From Roseibacillus sp. (GTDB lineage: Bacteria > Verrucomicrobiota > Verrucomicrobiia > Verrucomicrobiales > Akkermansiaceae), in the NCBI GenBank assembly GCA_051251855.1, contig JBPOGI010000003.1:352001-416000 (forward strand): a stretch of 64,000 nt of DNA, written 5' to 3'. Position numbers and translations under genes: made by a program. Positions 1 to 9,286 of the stretch are shown here, piece after piece; the first letter of the stretch is position 1, and each line of letters begins with the position of its first letter. The notes under the pieces are model-generated. The model was not told where the DNA came from and searched no databases. It worked only from the letters and a program-made list of their open reading frames with translations.

Positions 1-3000
1 TCAGGAACTCTACCAACACGCTATGGCACAAAGGCTGATTTGGAGCGCTTGATGAAGACGGCGCATCGATTTGGTTTTCGGGTTTATTTCGACAATGTGA
101 TGGCGCACACGGCTGGGCCCTTGGATCCGGTATCGACTGGAACGTTGTTGCCGGGGGTGCCGGGATTTGTGCCGGAGGATATGCATTTGGGATGGAATGG
201 AAGTAACTGGCAGAAGTTTGCAGATTATCCTGATTACAATAATGAGACTGAAGTCTTGTTGCGTAATCCCTTCGCGTGGGACATCGCCCAGGAGGGGCCA
301 GATAATGCCTCTTTCGATGACGATGGCTTACAGGAGTATTCTACTTTTTCAAAATGGACGGGGATTCGGCACCCAGGACAGACGGACTATTACCAAGATT
401 CAGATTTGACGATTGCGACAAATGGCGAAGGGAATCCGGTTCATCCTTTTGCGGATCAGGAGGCGTTTGAGGATGTTGGTTTGGACGGTAATGCAGGGAC
501 GAATGATGCCGGTGAAGGGAATGGAGTCTTTGACTTTACGGATACGAATGCAAACGGTCAGCACGATGTTGGTGAGGCGAGCGAGCCGTTTAATGATACC
601 GGTGTGGATGGAAGTAATCCAAGTCGGCAGACAGTGACTTGGGGCTTCGGTGATGGGATTTATAATATGGGCAATCCGGTGGCGGAGGATGTGAACTTGA
701 TGCTTTTCCGGGCTCTGCGTTGGTTTGTGCAGGAGGTGAAACCGGATGGATTTCGCTTAGATGCGGTGAAGCATGTGCCTTCCTATTTCTTTGGCGAACA
801 GTCTGCCTCTAACAAGGACCTGACCAACGCGGGATACAATGGTTCCATTCAGGAGCATTTCAATCTGACCCGAGGGTTTTCGGATTGGAATAACCATCGT
901 GATACTGTTTTCAATCAAGCGGCGGCGCGCGATGATGCGTTGCTCTTTGGTGAGCATTTGGGTGCGCCACCCGCGACGGAAGGTTATCGCGATGCCGGGA
1001 TGCGGGTGGCGGCGGATGACATGCTGAATCAGGTGGCGAACCGCATTGGGAGCGACCTCTCCGGATTGGATGACCCGGGATTTGGGCATGTTTTTAACAA
1101 TCCGGCGACGTCGATGAGCTATGTGATGAGCCACGACAATACCTTTCTCTTCGGAGGGGATCGGGCGGCGGCTTTGCCTTATATGATTCTTAAAGAGGGA
1201 ATCCCGATTGTTTACACCGATGGCTATAATGAGTCCTCGGCGCCAGACTTTTTCCCGAAACCTGCGGATGTGAACTTTCTGGGCCAGTTTTCGGATTCGA
1301 GTGTGACGGGGGCGCTTGGCTTGCACCGCGACTTTGTTCGTGGGGGGCAACGTGGGGTGTGGAGTGACCAAGATTTCCTAGCCTTCGAGCGCTTCGACGG
1401 TTCGGAGCAAGGACCCGCTGCCGGTTCTTGGAATGATGCGACGTTGTTGGTGATGATGGCGCGTAATTACATCGGAGGAGCTCATGGTCGTGGTGACTTG
1501 GTGACGGGGTTCCCGAGTGGAGCTGCTCTGCGTAATCAGGCAAATGACGGCGGTGACTTTGTAGCAGTGGTGCAGTCGGATGGTAAGGTGCGGGATACGA
1601 GTGGAAATGTGATATTGGTTCCCTCGGGTGGTTATTTTGCGTTTGGATGGAGGCGGCCGCAGTTGCCGGCGATTTGGAATGATGGCGTGACTGGTGAGCG
1701 TCAGCCGATTGAGATTTACCAAGGAGGAAACCGGGCTCCGACGATGACGGTGACGCGGCGTGATGGGGTGGATGGAGATCCGAATTTCAATCCCAAAGGT
1801 TTGTCGGGACAGAGCGCTGGCGATTTTTCCTATGAAGTTCAGATTCCAAGAGTGACGGGAGCGTCTCCGATTTCGTTCGTTGCGCGGGCAGATGGTTCGG
1901 CAGATAATATTTTGATGAAGCTCAATGGGGGGGTGGACTTGAATGCGCAGATGGGCTTTGAGCCGATGGCGGGGGCCAAGCGGGATTTCGCTCCGGGTCT
2001 GAACAATGATTTGCGCGACGAGCAGGGCGATGGTGATCCTTCCAATGATTCAATTCGCCAGTCCTCCACGGATACCTATCTGGGTTACGAGCAAATGCGT
2101 TTTGTAGGGCGATGGAATGAGCGTTTTGCGGCGACTGATATTGCGCGTAATGTGTCCGGCTCGTTGGGTGCGGAGACGTGGGTGGCGACTTTGGGGACGG
2201 CTGGGTTGACGCGGAATGATGGCAGTGGGCCTAGTTCGGGGCAGGAGACTGCGAGCTGGCTCTATCATGATCCATCGAGTGATAACCAACTAGGGACTGG
2301 TGATTTACAGTTCTTTCCGGCTCCCGAGAATGCGGGTGGTGCGCCGGTTACGGTTTGGGTAAAGGTGGGTTACGAGAATGAAATCGATCAAGCGCATCTT
2401 TACTACACCACGGATGGCTCGGCACCTGAGGGTTCTGGAGGCCTGGGCAAAGGTCTGACTCAGGTGATTGATTTTGTTGATTTTGCAGATGGCAATGTCG
2501 ATGGCGGCACGATGCAAACGCGCTGGTGGTCGGCAGAAATTCCAGCTCTCCCGACGGGCACTGTGTTGACGTATAAGATCGGTGGGCGTCGTGATGTCGT
2601 TGGGAGTCGTTTTCCTTTCTCGGAGAATGACCATGCCGACATTGAGCGTATGGAGACGGTCTTCGAGGTGGCGGACTTTGACCCAACTACGGTGGTCTAC
2701 CATCCTCACAATGACTACGGCGAGATGGCGACGGGGCTGGAGGAAGGTTATCACGTGGTCAGGACCCGTCCTTTCGTGGGGCGGAATGATGGAGCCTCCA
2801 TCTATCGCACAAATGTGCAGACCTTCTACTATGATGGGAGTCGACCGGCCGGTGAAATTGCTTTTCCGAATGAGAACGATCAACTCGGTGGTAGTAGCTA
2901 CGAGGTGGTGGTTTTGACTGATGCTTCGGTAACCGAGGTGCGCTTCAATATCGATGATGATGAGAGTGGGAATGATGGTGCAGGGAACGGCTCTTGGGCC

Positions 3001-3960
3001 TTGGCCGAGTTGCAGGTACCCACCGCTTTTCTGCGAGATAGTGGCAGTGCGAAGGAGTGGCGTTTTGAGTATTTGAATATCCCAGGAGCTGGCGACGCGG
3101 CGATTCAAGTGCGTCTGATGGAGGACTCTTCGTCGCAGGATATGACTTTGAGTGATGTCGACGGATGGTTCACGACGTTGACGCGGAATGTGGTTACGGG
3201 GGTAGGGCGCACGTGGAGTATCACCCAACCTAACAATAATGATGTGGTGGATGCGGGAACTAAGCTGCGGGTGGCGGTGGCGAAGGACTTGGTGGGAGGA
3301 CTGAGCGATGGGGAGTTTCTATCGGAAGTGCGTATCCTGATTGCGAGCAATGTCTCGGGGAGTCCGAGTGGGGCAGTGATTCAGCCGTTGGCGACATACA
3401 GCTTGGTTCGGGATGTCAATGCGACAGAGCACGCGGTGGAGTTCACTTTCGAAAATCTTTATACCGGTGACCCTGATTTTTTGCATCATGTTCGGGTGGT
3501 ACACACTCGTTCGGGTCAGGTGCTCACGGATATCATTCGGGTCAAGATGGAACCGGGTGCTTTGTTAGATTCTGATGGTGATGGCTTACCGGACCTCTGG
3601 GAGAGTGAGAATGGGCTTCAGCCCAGTAACCCGTTCGGAATTCATGGCGCGGATGGCGACTATGATCTCGATGGGTTGACCAATATGGAGGAGTATATTT
3701 ATGGGCTGAGTCCTATCATTCCTGACGCCGAACTTGCTCCCTGCTTGGTGCTGGATTCCGGAGCCATAGTTGGCAGTTGGGACATACAGTTTCCGGGGAT
3801 TCCTGGTCGTCTTCATACCTTGTATTGGTCCGAGAACCTCGTGGATTGGAATCCTTTGATTTCGGATTTGGAGACCGCGCAGGACATCTTTTTCAGCGTG
3901 AACGATGACGATGGGGTGCCTCGCCGATTCTATCGCACCGAGTATCGTATGAAGTTCTAA
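1..3960 (+). CDS. Large multidomain GH13 alpha-amylase-family glycoside hydrolase, 5'-truncated by the window edge
   Basis: Frame is open from base 1 (SGTLPTRYGTKADLERL...). GH13 motifs: DNVMAH (region I), DGFRLDAVKHV (nucleophile), FGEHLG (acid/base), MSHDN. C-terminal DSDGDGLPDLWE/DLDGLTNMEEY repeats and RRFYR tail. Confidence 0.85.
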   Translation, partial: SGTLPTRYGTKADLERLMKTAHRFGFRVYFDNVMAHTAGPLDPVSTGTLLPGVPGFVPEDMHLGWNGSNWQKFADYPDYNNETEVLLRNPFAWDIAQEGPDNASFDDDGLQEYSTFSKWTGIRHPGQTDYYQDSDLTIATNGEGNPVHPFADQEAFEDVGLDGNAGTNDAGEGNGVFDFTDTNANGQHDVGEASEPFNDTGVDGSNPSRQTVTWGFGDGIYNMGNPVAEDVNLMLFRALRWFVQEVKPDGFRLDAVKHVPSYFFGEQSASNKDLTNAGYNGSIQEHFNLTRGFSDWNNHRDTVFNQAAARDDALLFGEHLGAPPATEGYRDAGMRVAADDMLNQVANRIGSDLSGLDDPGFGHVFNNPATSMSYVMSHDNTFLFGGDRAAALPYMILKEGIPIVYTDGYNESSAPDFFPKPADVNFLGQFSDSSVTGALGLHRDFVRGGQRGVWSDQDFLAFERFDGSEQGPAAGSWNDATLLVMMARNYIGGAHGRGDLVTGFPSGAALRNQANDGGDFVAVVQSDGKVRDTSGNVILVPSGGYFAFGWRRPQLPAIWNDGVTGERQPIEIYQGGNRAPTMTVTRRDGVDGDPNFNPKGLSGQSAGDFSYEVQIPRVTGASPISFVARADGSADNILMKLNGGVDLNAQMGFEPMAGAKRDFAPGLNNDLRDEQGDGDPSNDSIRQSSTDTYLGYEQMRFVGRWNERFAATDIARNVSGSLGAETWVATLGTAGLTRNDGSGPSSGQETASWLYHDPSSDNQLGTGDLQFFPAPENAGGAPVTVWVKVGYENEIDQAHLYYTTDGSAPEGSGGLGKGLTQVIDFVDFADGNVDGGTMQTRWWSAEIPALPTGTVLTYKIGGRRDVVGSRFPFSENDHADIERMETVFEVADFDPTTVVYHPHNDYGEMATGLEEGYHVVRTRPFVGRNDGASIYRTNVQTFYYDGSRPAGEIAFPNENDQLGGSSYEVVVLTDASVTEVRFNIDDDESGNDGAGNGSWALAELQVPTAFLRDSGSAKEWRFEYLNIPGAGDAAIQVRLMEDSSSQDMTLSDVDGWFTTLTRNVVTGVGRTWSITQPNNNDVVDAGTKLRVAVAKDLVGGLSDGEFLSEVRILIASNVSGSPSGAVIQPLATYSLVRDVNATEHAVEFTFENLYTGDPDFLHHVRVVHTRSGQVLTDIIRVKMEPGALLDSDGDGLPDLWESENGLQPSNPFGIHGADGDYDLDGLTNMEEYIYGLSPIIPDAELAPCLVLDSGAIVGSWDIQFPGIPGRLHTLYWSENLVDWNPLISDLETAQDIFFSVNDDDGVPRRFYRTEYRMKF

Positions 3961-4754
3961 AGGTTGCGGATGGCAAGGACTTCTTTGGCAGGCTCGCGGT
4001 CTCCGTTGCATGAAATGCGGCGGGGGGCATCGAGGACGGTGAGCTCGAATCCGGTGTCGCGGTAGAGTTCTTCGATGCGAGGGGTGAGTTGATTGGACAG
4101 AACTACGGGGCCTGGGTGTTTGGCGAGCCAGTGGGTGAGTCGGACTTGGTCGTTCCAGTCAAAGCCTCCAGCGGAGTATTGAGTAAATTCGACATCATAG
4201 GGAGGGTCGGCGTAGATGAAGTCGTTCTCTTCGATAGGAAGAGCTTCGAAGTCGCCGAGATGAAAGTTCCACTTCGCAAAGAGTTCGCGAAAGACTAGGA
4301 AGTCGCGGCGATAGTTGATTTTAGCGTAACTTCCGAAGGGCACGTTGAAGAGTCCTGACTTGTTGAAGCGGCAGAGTCCATTGAAGCAACTCCGATTGAG
4401 ATAGTAGAAGAGTTGAGCGGCTTTTGAGGTCTCGTGCTGACCTTCGCGAATCAATTGGTTAAAGCTTTCGCGATGTTGGTAAAAGAGTTTGGAATCGTTT
4501 TCCATCGGGATGGTCGCTTCTAGGCCTAACTGAAGTTGGCGGTAGAAGTTGACCAAGTGAGGGTTGACGTCATTGAGGAGAGCTTGGGTGGGTCGGAGGC
4601 CGAGGGTGACGGCTAAACCTCCGCAAAAGGGCTCTACTAAGCGACGCTGTGAGTGTCCTTCCCAAAGGGAGGCAAGATGCGGTAAAAGCCAGCGCTTCCC
4701 GCCAGCCCATTTGAGGGGCGAGCTGGTGGATTCGGCGAGAGGAGTGGCGGGCAT
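3957..4754 (-). CDS. dam: Dam-family (D12 class) N6-adenine DNA methyltransferase, orphan
   Basis: PLKWAGGKR, EPFCGG (SAM-binding), DPPY catalytic motif and YLNRSCFNGLCRFNKSGLFNVPFG target-recognition region. Recognition sequence not proven. Confidence 0.9.
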   Translation of the reverse strand: MPATPLAESTSSPLKWAGGKRWLLPHLASLWEGHSQRRLVEPFCGGLAVTLGLRPTQALLNDVNPHLVNFYRQLQLGLEATIPMENDSKLFYQHRESFNQLIREGQHETSKAAQLFYYLNRSCFNGLCRFNKSGLFNVPFGSYAKINYRRDFLVFRELFAKWNFHLGDFEALPIEENDFIYADPPYDVEFTQYSAGGFDWNDQVRLTHWLAKHPGPVVLSNQLTPRIEELYRDTGFELTVLDAPRRISCNGDREPAKEVLAIRNL

Positions 4755-4776
4755 GGATTGGGATGAGCTGCCTTTC

Positions 4777-4805
4777 GATCATGATCTCTCGTTGGGTATT
4801 CTCAA
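4777..4805 (-). promoter_or_regulatory. Candidate sigma70 promoter of the methyltransferase, with two GATC sites overlapping the -10 box
   Basis: Minus strand TTGAGA (4805-4800), 16-nt spacer, CATGAT (4783-4778). The palindrome GATCATGATC lies at 4777-4786. Confidence 0.35.
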
Positions 4806-5058
4806 TGATAGAGTCTGTTTTCTGTTCGAGAGTGGGGGCAAAATTGCAAATTCGTCATATTTTTCTGATATTAAGCCTTCGCTAACAGAAGGAGTCTATG
4901 GAGAGAGGGAAAGTTCTCATGAGTAATGATTATCTATCTAAATACAAGGGAGTTGTATGACACGTGTTTCTGGCGAGACCATCATATGAAAGATTGGCTA
5001 TTTGCCCCTAAGTTGCTCGTAACAGGCGTTTTGAGTAGTGTGTGCGAGCACAACAACT

Positions 5059-5694
5059 ATGAACACGATCACTCTTTTACTTACCTTTTCACTGCCGACA
5101 TTTGCTCAGACAACTATTCTACCGGCTGCGGTCGATGGAGACGTTCTTTCAAGAGGGGCCCTTGGATTGTCGGTGGAGAATGAGGCTTTCAATTCTACTA
5201 CTCGGTCTGGTGGAAGTAATATTAATCAATCCATGTATGAGTTCGATCTTTCGGGAATCTCAGCTGGGAGCACCATTTTAGAGGCCTATTTCGAGTTTGA
5301 TACTCGTTCGGTGTCAAACATAGGTCCCACCTCGGTTTTTCGCATTGACGGTTATATTGCCGACGGTGTGATTACGACTTCGGACTTTGATGCAGCTCAG
5401 TCCGCAGGAGGACTTCTCATGGCAAGCTATGACCTCGTCAGGGCAGACAGCGATTTTAGGAGTCTTTCCCTAGAGCTGACTGACTTCTCTTCCCTGCAGA
5501 GTGCAATCACGAATGGTGAAAACTATTTTGGTCTTCGCACCGAGACCGAGAACTTTTCGATCATCCAAGTTTCGTCTCTCGAGAATACTACTGGAGCGGC
5601 ATTTCCTTCGCTGCGTCTTGTGCTGGTTCCAGAGCCTTCGACTTTGGCGCTCGTCGGGCTCGGTTTCATCGGGTTGATTCGCCGTCGTCGGTAG
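5059..5694 (+). CDS. PEP-CTERM sorting domain-containing secreted protein
   Basis: Signal peptide MNTITLLLTFSLPTFAQ; C-terminal VPEPS, hydrophobic helix and RRRR. Confidence 0.9.
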   Translation: MNTITLLLTFSLPTFAQTTILPAAVDGDVLSRGALGLSVENEAFNSTTRSGGSNINQSMYEFDLSGISAGSTILEAYFEFDTRSVSNIGPTSVFRIDGYIADGVITTSDFDAAQSAGGLLMASYDLVRADSDFRSLSLELTDFSSLQSAITNGENYFGLRTETENFSIIQVSSLENTTGAAFPSLRLVLVPEPSTLALVGLGFIGLIRRRR

Positions 5695-5722
5695 AGAGAA
5701 ACCACTTTCGAGTGGCGCCTTG

Positions 5723-6922
5723 TCAGGATTGAATCAATGAGAGCAGCTGCTCCACGGCCTTGGTTGAAAATGCTGGGTCGTTGATGGTGGTTTCCATCTC
5801 GATAACGGGATGTTTGGCCTCTTGACGAATGGTGTCGAAGAGGGCGGTGTCGGCGGCGGCATCGTGGAAGGGTTGGCCTTCTACGCTGATGATGCTGATG
5901 CCCTTGAGGGGGAGCATCATGACCGCTCGCGAGGAATGGCGATTGAGCTTTTCGGCGAGCACTTTGCCGAGCTGAACATTCTCCTCCGCGTTGGTGCGCA
6001 TGAGGGTGACCTGAGGGTTGTGATGGTAGAAAGTGCGGTCCGCGAATTTCTCTGGTACGGTGGTGGGTTCGCCGAAGTTGGCCATGTCGACACAACCGGG
6101 TGCGAGCACGGTGGGGAGGTTCATGTCGGCGGCGGCGTTCATGCGTTCGGGACCGGCAGTGAGGGTGGCGCCCACGATTTCGTCGGCCCACTCGGTGGTG
6201 GTGAGGTCGAGAACGGCGGTCACTTGGCCGGAGAGAATGAGTTTTTCCATGGTGCGTCCACCAGCTCCAGTGGCGTGAAAGACGAGGACTTCATAGCCGG
6301 CATCTTCAAGGAGGCCACGAGCGTGGTCGACACACTCGGTGGTGTTGCCGAACATGGAGACGACAATGAGCTCTTTTTCCTCCGTAGGATTGTTCGTCGA
6401 TTGGACCATGGCGCAGATGGATGCGGCTGCTCGGCGGAAGACTCCTTTGGAAACTCGGTTAAGTCCCGCGACATCGACGATACTGGGCATGAGGTTGATG
6501 TCGCTTTCGCCGAGGTAGTGGGCAGTGTTGCCGCTGGCCAAGGTGGAGACGATGATTTTGGGAAAGCCTAAAGGCAGCGGGCGCATCGCTCCGGAAGCAA
6601 TGGCGGTACCGCCTCCTCCTCCGAGGGAGATGATGCCGTCGATGCGTCCGTCTTGGACGAGCTTTTGGAGAAGCAGAGGAGCGGCTTGGGCCATGGCGGT
6701 GACGCATTCTCCGCGATCAGCGCGCGCTAACAAAGGCGCGAGGTCGATTCCGGCAGCAGCGGCAACTTCTTCGCGCGTGATGTCGGGAGTGATGAGAGGA
6801 TCACCACCCGAGCCGACATCGATGAGAAGCACCTGATGGCCTAGGGCGCGGATTTCGTCTGCGACAAAGGCGTGTTCGTGCCCTTTGCTATCGAGGGTTC
6901 CAAGGACTGCGATGGTGGCCAT
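5723..6922 (-). CDS. UPF0261 / Tm-1-like ATP-binding domain protein
   Basis: N-terminal GTLDSKGHE, ISLGGGGGT, LPLGFPKIIVST, DVAGLN, SMFGNTT, VFHATGAGG, DLTTTEWAD and HNPQVTLMRT motifs characteristic of UPF0261. Confidence 0.9.
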   Translation of the reverse strand: MATIAVLGTLDSKGHEHAFVADEIRALGHQVLLIDVGSGGDPLITPDITREEVAAAAGIDLAPLLARADRGECVTAMAQAAPLLLQKLVQDGRIDGIISLGGGGGTAIASGAMRPLPLGFPKIIVSTLASGNTAHYLGESDINLMPSIVDVAGLNRVSKGVFRRAAASICAMVQSTNNPTEEKELIVVSMFGNTTECVDHARGLLEDAGYEVLVFHATGAGGRTMEKLILSGQVTAVLDLTTTEWADEIVGATLTAGPERMNAAADMNLPTVLAPGCVDMANFGEPTTVPEKFADRTFYHHNPQVTLMRTNAEENVQLGKVLAEKLNRHSSRAVMMLPLKGISIISVEGQPFHDAAADTALFDTIRQEAKHPVIEMETTINDPAFSTKAVEQLLSLIQS

Positions 6923-6928
6923 AGCGTG

Positions 6929-7798
6929 CTAGTGCTTGCGCTTAACGGGGATGGATTTGAACTGCTCGGTGAGCTGGGGGAGTGAACTCTCGACAGCAGC
7001 ACGTTCGAGCGAGGAGGCGCCGACAAAGCCAGAGGTGTCGGTGTGCTCGTTGATGTAGGCCGCATCTTCGGGGGTATTGATGGGGCCACCGTGACTAAGG
7101 TAGATGATGTCGTCGCGCACAGTGCGGCCGGCATCGATGATCAGTTGGGTACGCTTGGCGGCATCTTCAAGAGTAATGGTGGCGTCGACCACACCGATGC
7201 TCCCGCCAACGGTCGTGCCGACGTGAGCAATGATGACGTCGGCGCCCGATTCGGCCATAGACTTGGCTTCTTCAGGAGAGTCGACGTAGACAATGCTGAA
7301 GAGATCCATCTTGCGAGCAAGACCCACCATTTCGAATTCTTTCTGCACGCTCATGCCGGTTTCTTCCAGAATGTCGCGGAACTTGCCGTCTACGATACTG
7401 TGGGTGGGGAAGTTGTTGACGCCCGAGAAGCCCATGTCCTTGACCTTCCCGAGCCAGTGCCACATGCGGCGGCGGGGGTCGGTAGCATGAACTCCCGCAA
7501 TGACGGGGACTTCCTCGACGACGGGGAGGACTTCGTATTCTCCGATCTCCATCGCGACGGCATTGGCGTCTCCGTAGGCCATCAAACCTGCGGTGGATCC
7601 ATGACCTGCCATGCGGAAACGGCCTGAGTTGTAGATGATAATGAGATCAGCGCCGCCCCTCTCAAGGAACTTGGCGCTAATGCCGGTGCCGGCTCCTGCT
7701 GCAAGGATAGATTCGCCTTTGGAAAGTGTATCGTGCAGACGTTCCAGAACTTCGTCTCGTGTGTAGGGGTTTCCCTTACCGGTCCATTGATTGGGCAT
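6929..7798 (-). CDS. TIM-barrel signal transduction / phosphoenolpyruvate hydrolase-like family protein (homolog of the Tm-1 C-terminal domain)
   Basis: AGAGTGISAK, DLIIIYNSGRFRMAG, AGLMAYGDAN, GVNNFPT, LEETGM, HGGPI and GFVGASSLER motifs; adjacent to the UPF0261 gene. Confidence 0.9.
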   Translation of the reverse strand: MPNQWTGKGNPYTRDEVLERLHDTLSKGESILAAGAGTGISAKFLERGGADLIIIYNSGRFRMAGHGSTAGLMAYGDANAVAMEIGEYEVLPVVEEVPVIAGVHATDPRRRMWHWLGKVKDMGFSGVNNFPTHSIVDGKFRDILEETGMSVQKEFEMVGLARKMDLFSIVYVDSPEEAKSMAESGADVIIAHVGTTVGGSIGVVDATITLEDAAKRTQLIIDAGRTVRDDIIYLSHGGPINTPEDAAYINEHTDTSGFVGASSLERAAVESSLPQLTEQFKSIPVKRKH

Positions 7799-8151
7799 GG
7801 CTGGAGTGTGTTCAAGAATGGTCCGTCTGCCAAGTTTCTCTGTCGCACTACTAGATATTCAGAATCCACATTTCGTTTTGCCCTGTAGTGACAATTAACC
7901 TTCGTCTGTCGGATAACGGAGCCTTAGAGTTGGGGGAGTCGCAAAGAAGTTCTTCACTTTTGGTGCGTGTGAGTGAGGGGCCTGAATAAACGATAGCTCA
8001 GGGCGCGTGGATTTTCGATATGGTGAAGTGGTTTGTCAGTAGGCTAATTCATTTGGCTGGCTCTTCGGTAAAGATACTCTTTGAGTGATGAGGTTGACTT
8101 TTCTAGCCTCTGGCAAGATTGCCGAACTAAGCCTTCGAGTAAGATCACCCA

Positions 8152-8811
8152 ATGAAAAAAAAGCTACGCACTCAACTTCTTGTGACCACCACGTTTGTGG
8201 CGGTTTTAACAGCGTCTCAAGCCCATGCAGCTGTAACAGTTCTAGCGACCACCCAAGTTGCTACAGTCCTGGATGATAACGCCAACAATTGGTCCAATGG
8301 AACTGTCAACGTTGTGGGCTCTCCTTCACCTGGAAATAATGAGCTGAGAACTTTTGTTGGGTTCTCAACTTTTGATTTGTCTGGTTTTACTCCAGCCGAA
8401 CTGGAGAGTGCTTCTTTTACCATTGGGTTCGATTTGGCAGTTCTAGCAGGGGCCCCAACTGGCCTTTCTATCGAGTATATCGGAACTTATGCTAACGATA
8501 ATGTCCGAGGGGCCGATACCGGCGGGGCAAATCTGGCGCAATGGATTTCTGACCCCACGGTCGATACCGTTGTGTCTGGCTACAGCACTGCTGGGGCGGC
8601 AAGTGAAGCCATTGCCCTAAGTGATGGTTCATTTGCTGACGGAGACTTTGCTGTTTTCCGCTACGTTTATGATGCGGGGGCTAGTTTAGCTAGTAACGAC
8701 CAATGGGGTATCACCAACGCGACTCTTACAGTGGACACGATTCCAGAGCCATCGAGCTTCCTTCTTCTTGGAATCGGCCTCGCCTTCGGGAGCATTCGCC
8801 GTCGTTGCTAG
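8152..8811 (+). CDS. PEP-CTERM sorting domain-containing secreted protein
   Basis: Signal peptide ending AHA; C-terminal IPEPSS, hydrophobic helix and RRR. Confidence 0.9.
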   Translation: MKKKLRTQLLVTTTFVAVLTASQAHAAVTVLATTQVATVLDDNANNWSNGTVNVVGSPSPGNNELRTFVGFSTFDLSGFTPAELESASFTIGFDLAVLAGAPTGLSIEYIGTYANDNVRGADTGGANLAQWISDPTVDTVVSGYSTAGAASEAIALSDGSFADGDFAVFRYVYDAGASLASNDQWGITNATLTVDTIPEPSSFLLLGIGLAFGSIRRRC

Positions 8812-9286
8812 AGAAGCGCACTTGCGCTGTTGGCTCTACTTTTTAGGTGAACCGATAAGGGAGCAGCCCCGTCGGTCTACTTTTTTTCCGGCACTGATAT
8901 CATTCTCACAGCTACACTGATGTGATGAATCGTATTTCGCTTGGAAGATTGCGCTTTGCGACAGGCCAGAAAGTCGGGCCAGATTTCCCAAAGCCATCGT
9001 TGTTTGCTGCTCCCCTCTGGTCGTCCCCTTTGGGTTGCCATAGCAGGCAAGCTATCTCGCTCAGCTCGGTTCTTGGTCCGAGTATACCCACGGGGCATAC
9101 CACTCGCACTCCTCCCTCGGCACGCATTGGCCTTGGAAAATTTGGCTCCGACCGCTACACTAATTTAGCTGCTCAAATAGCATAAGGTCACCTCCCAGTT
9201 GTCGTTAGAATACCTTTTCTCCACAAGAATCTATCCAATATCCACCTGTCCTTTACAGGAGGGGATGTCTTTCTTACCTTGGAAAG

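Noticed and set aside
3957..5058. Type II restriction-modification system
   Set aside because: No endonuclease-like ORF beside the methyltransferase; the short ORFs at 4564-4926 and 4926-5183 show no credible motifs.
8812..9286. Short ORFs or an ncRNA in the 475-bp gap before araC
   Set aside because: Overlapping 70-90 aa ORFs on both strands have no recognisable motif, and no convincing structured-RNA signature was seen.
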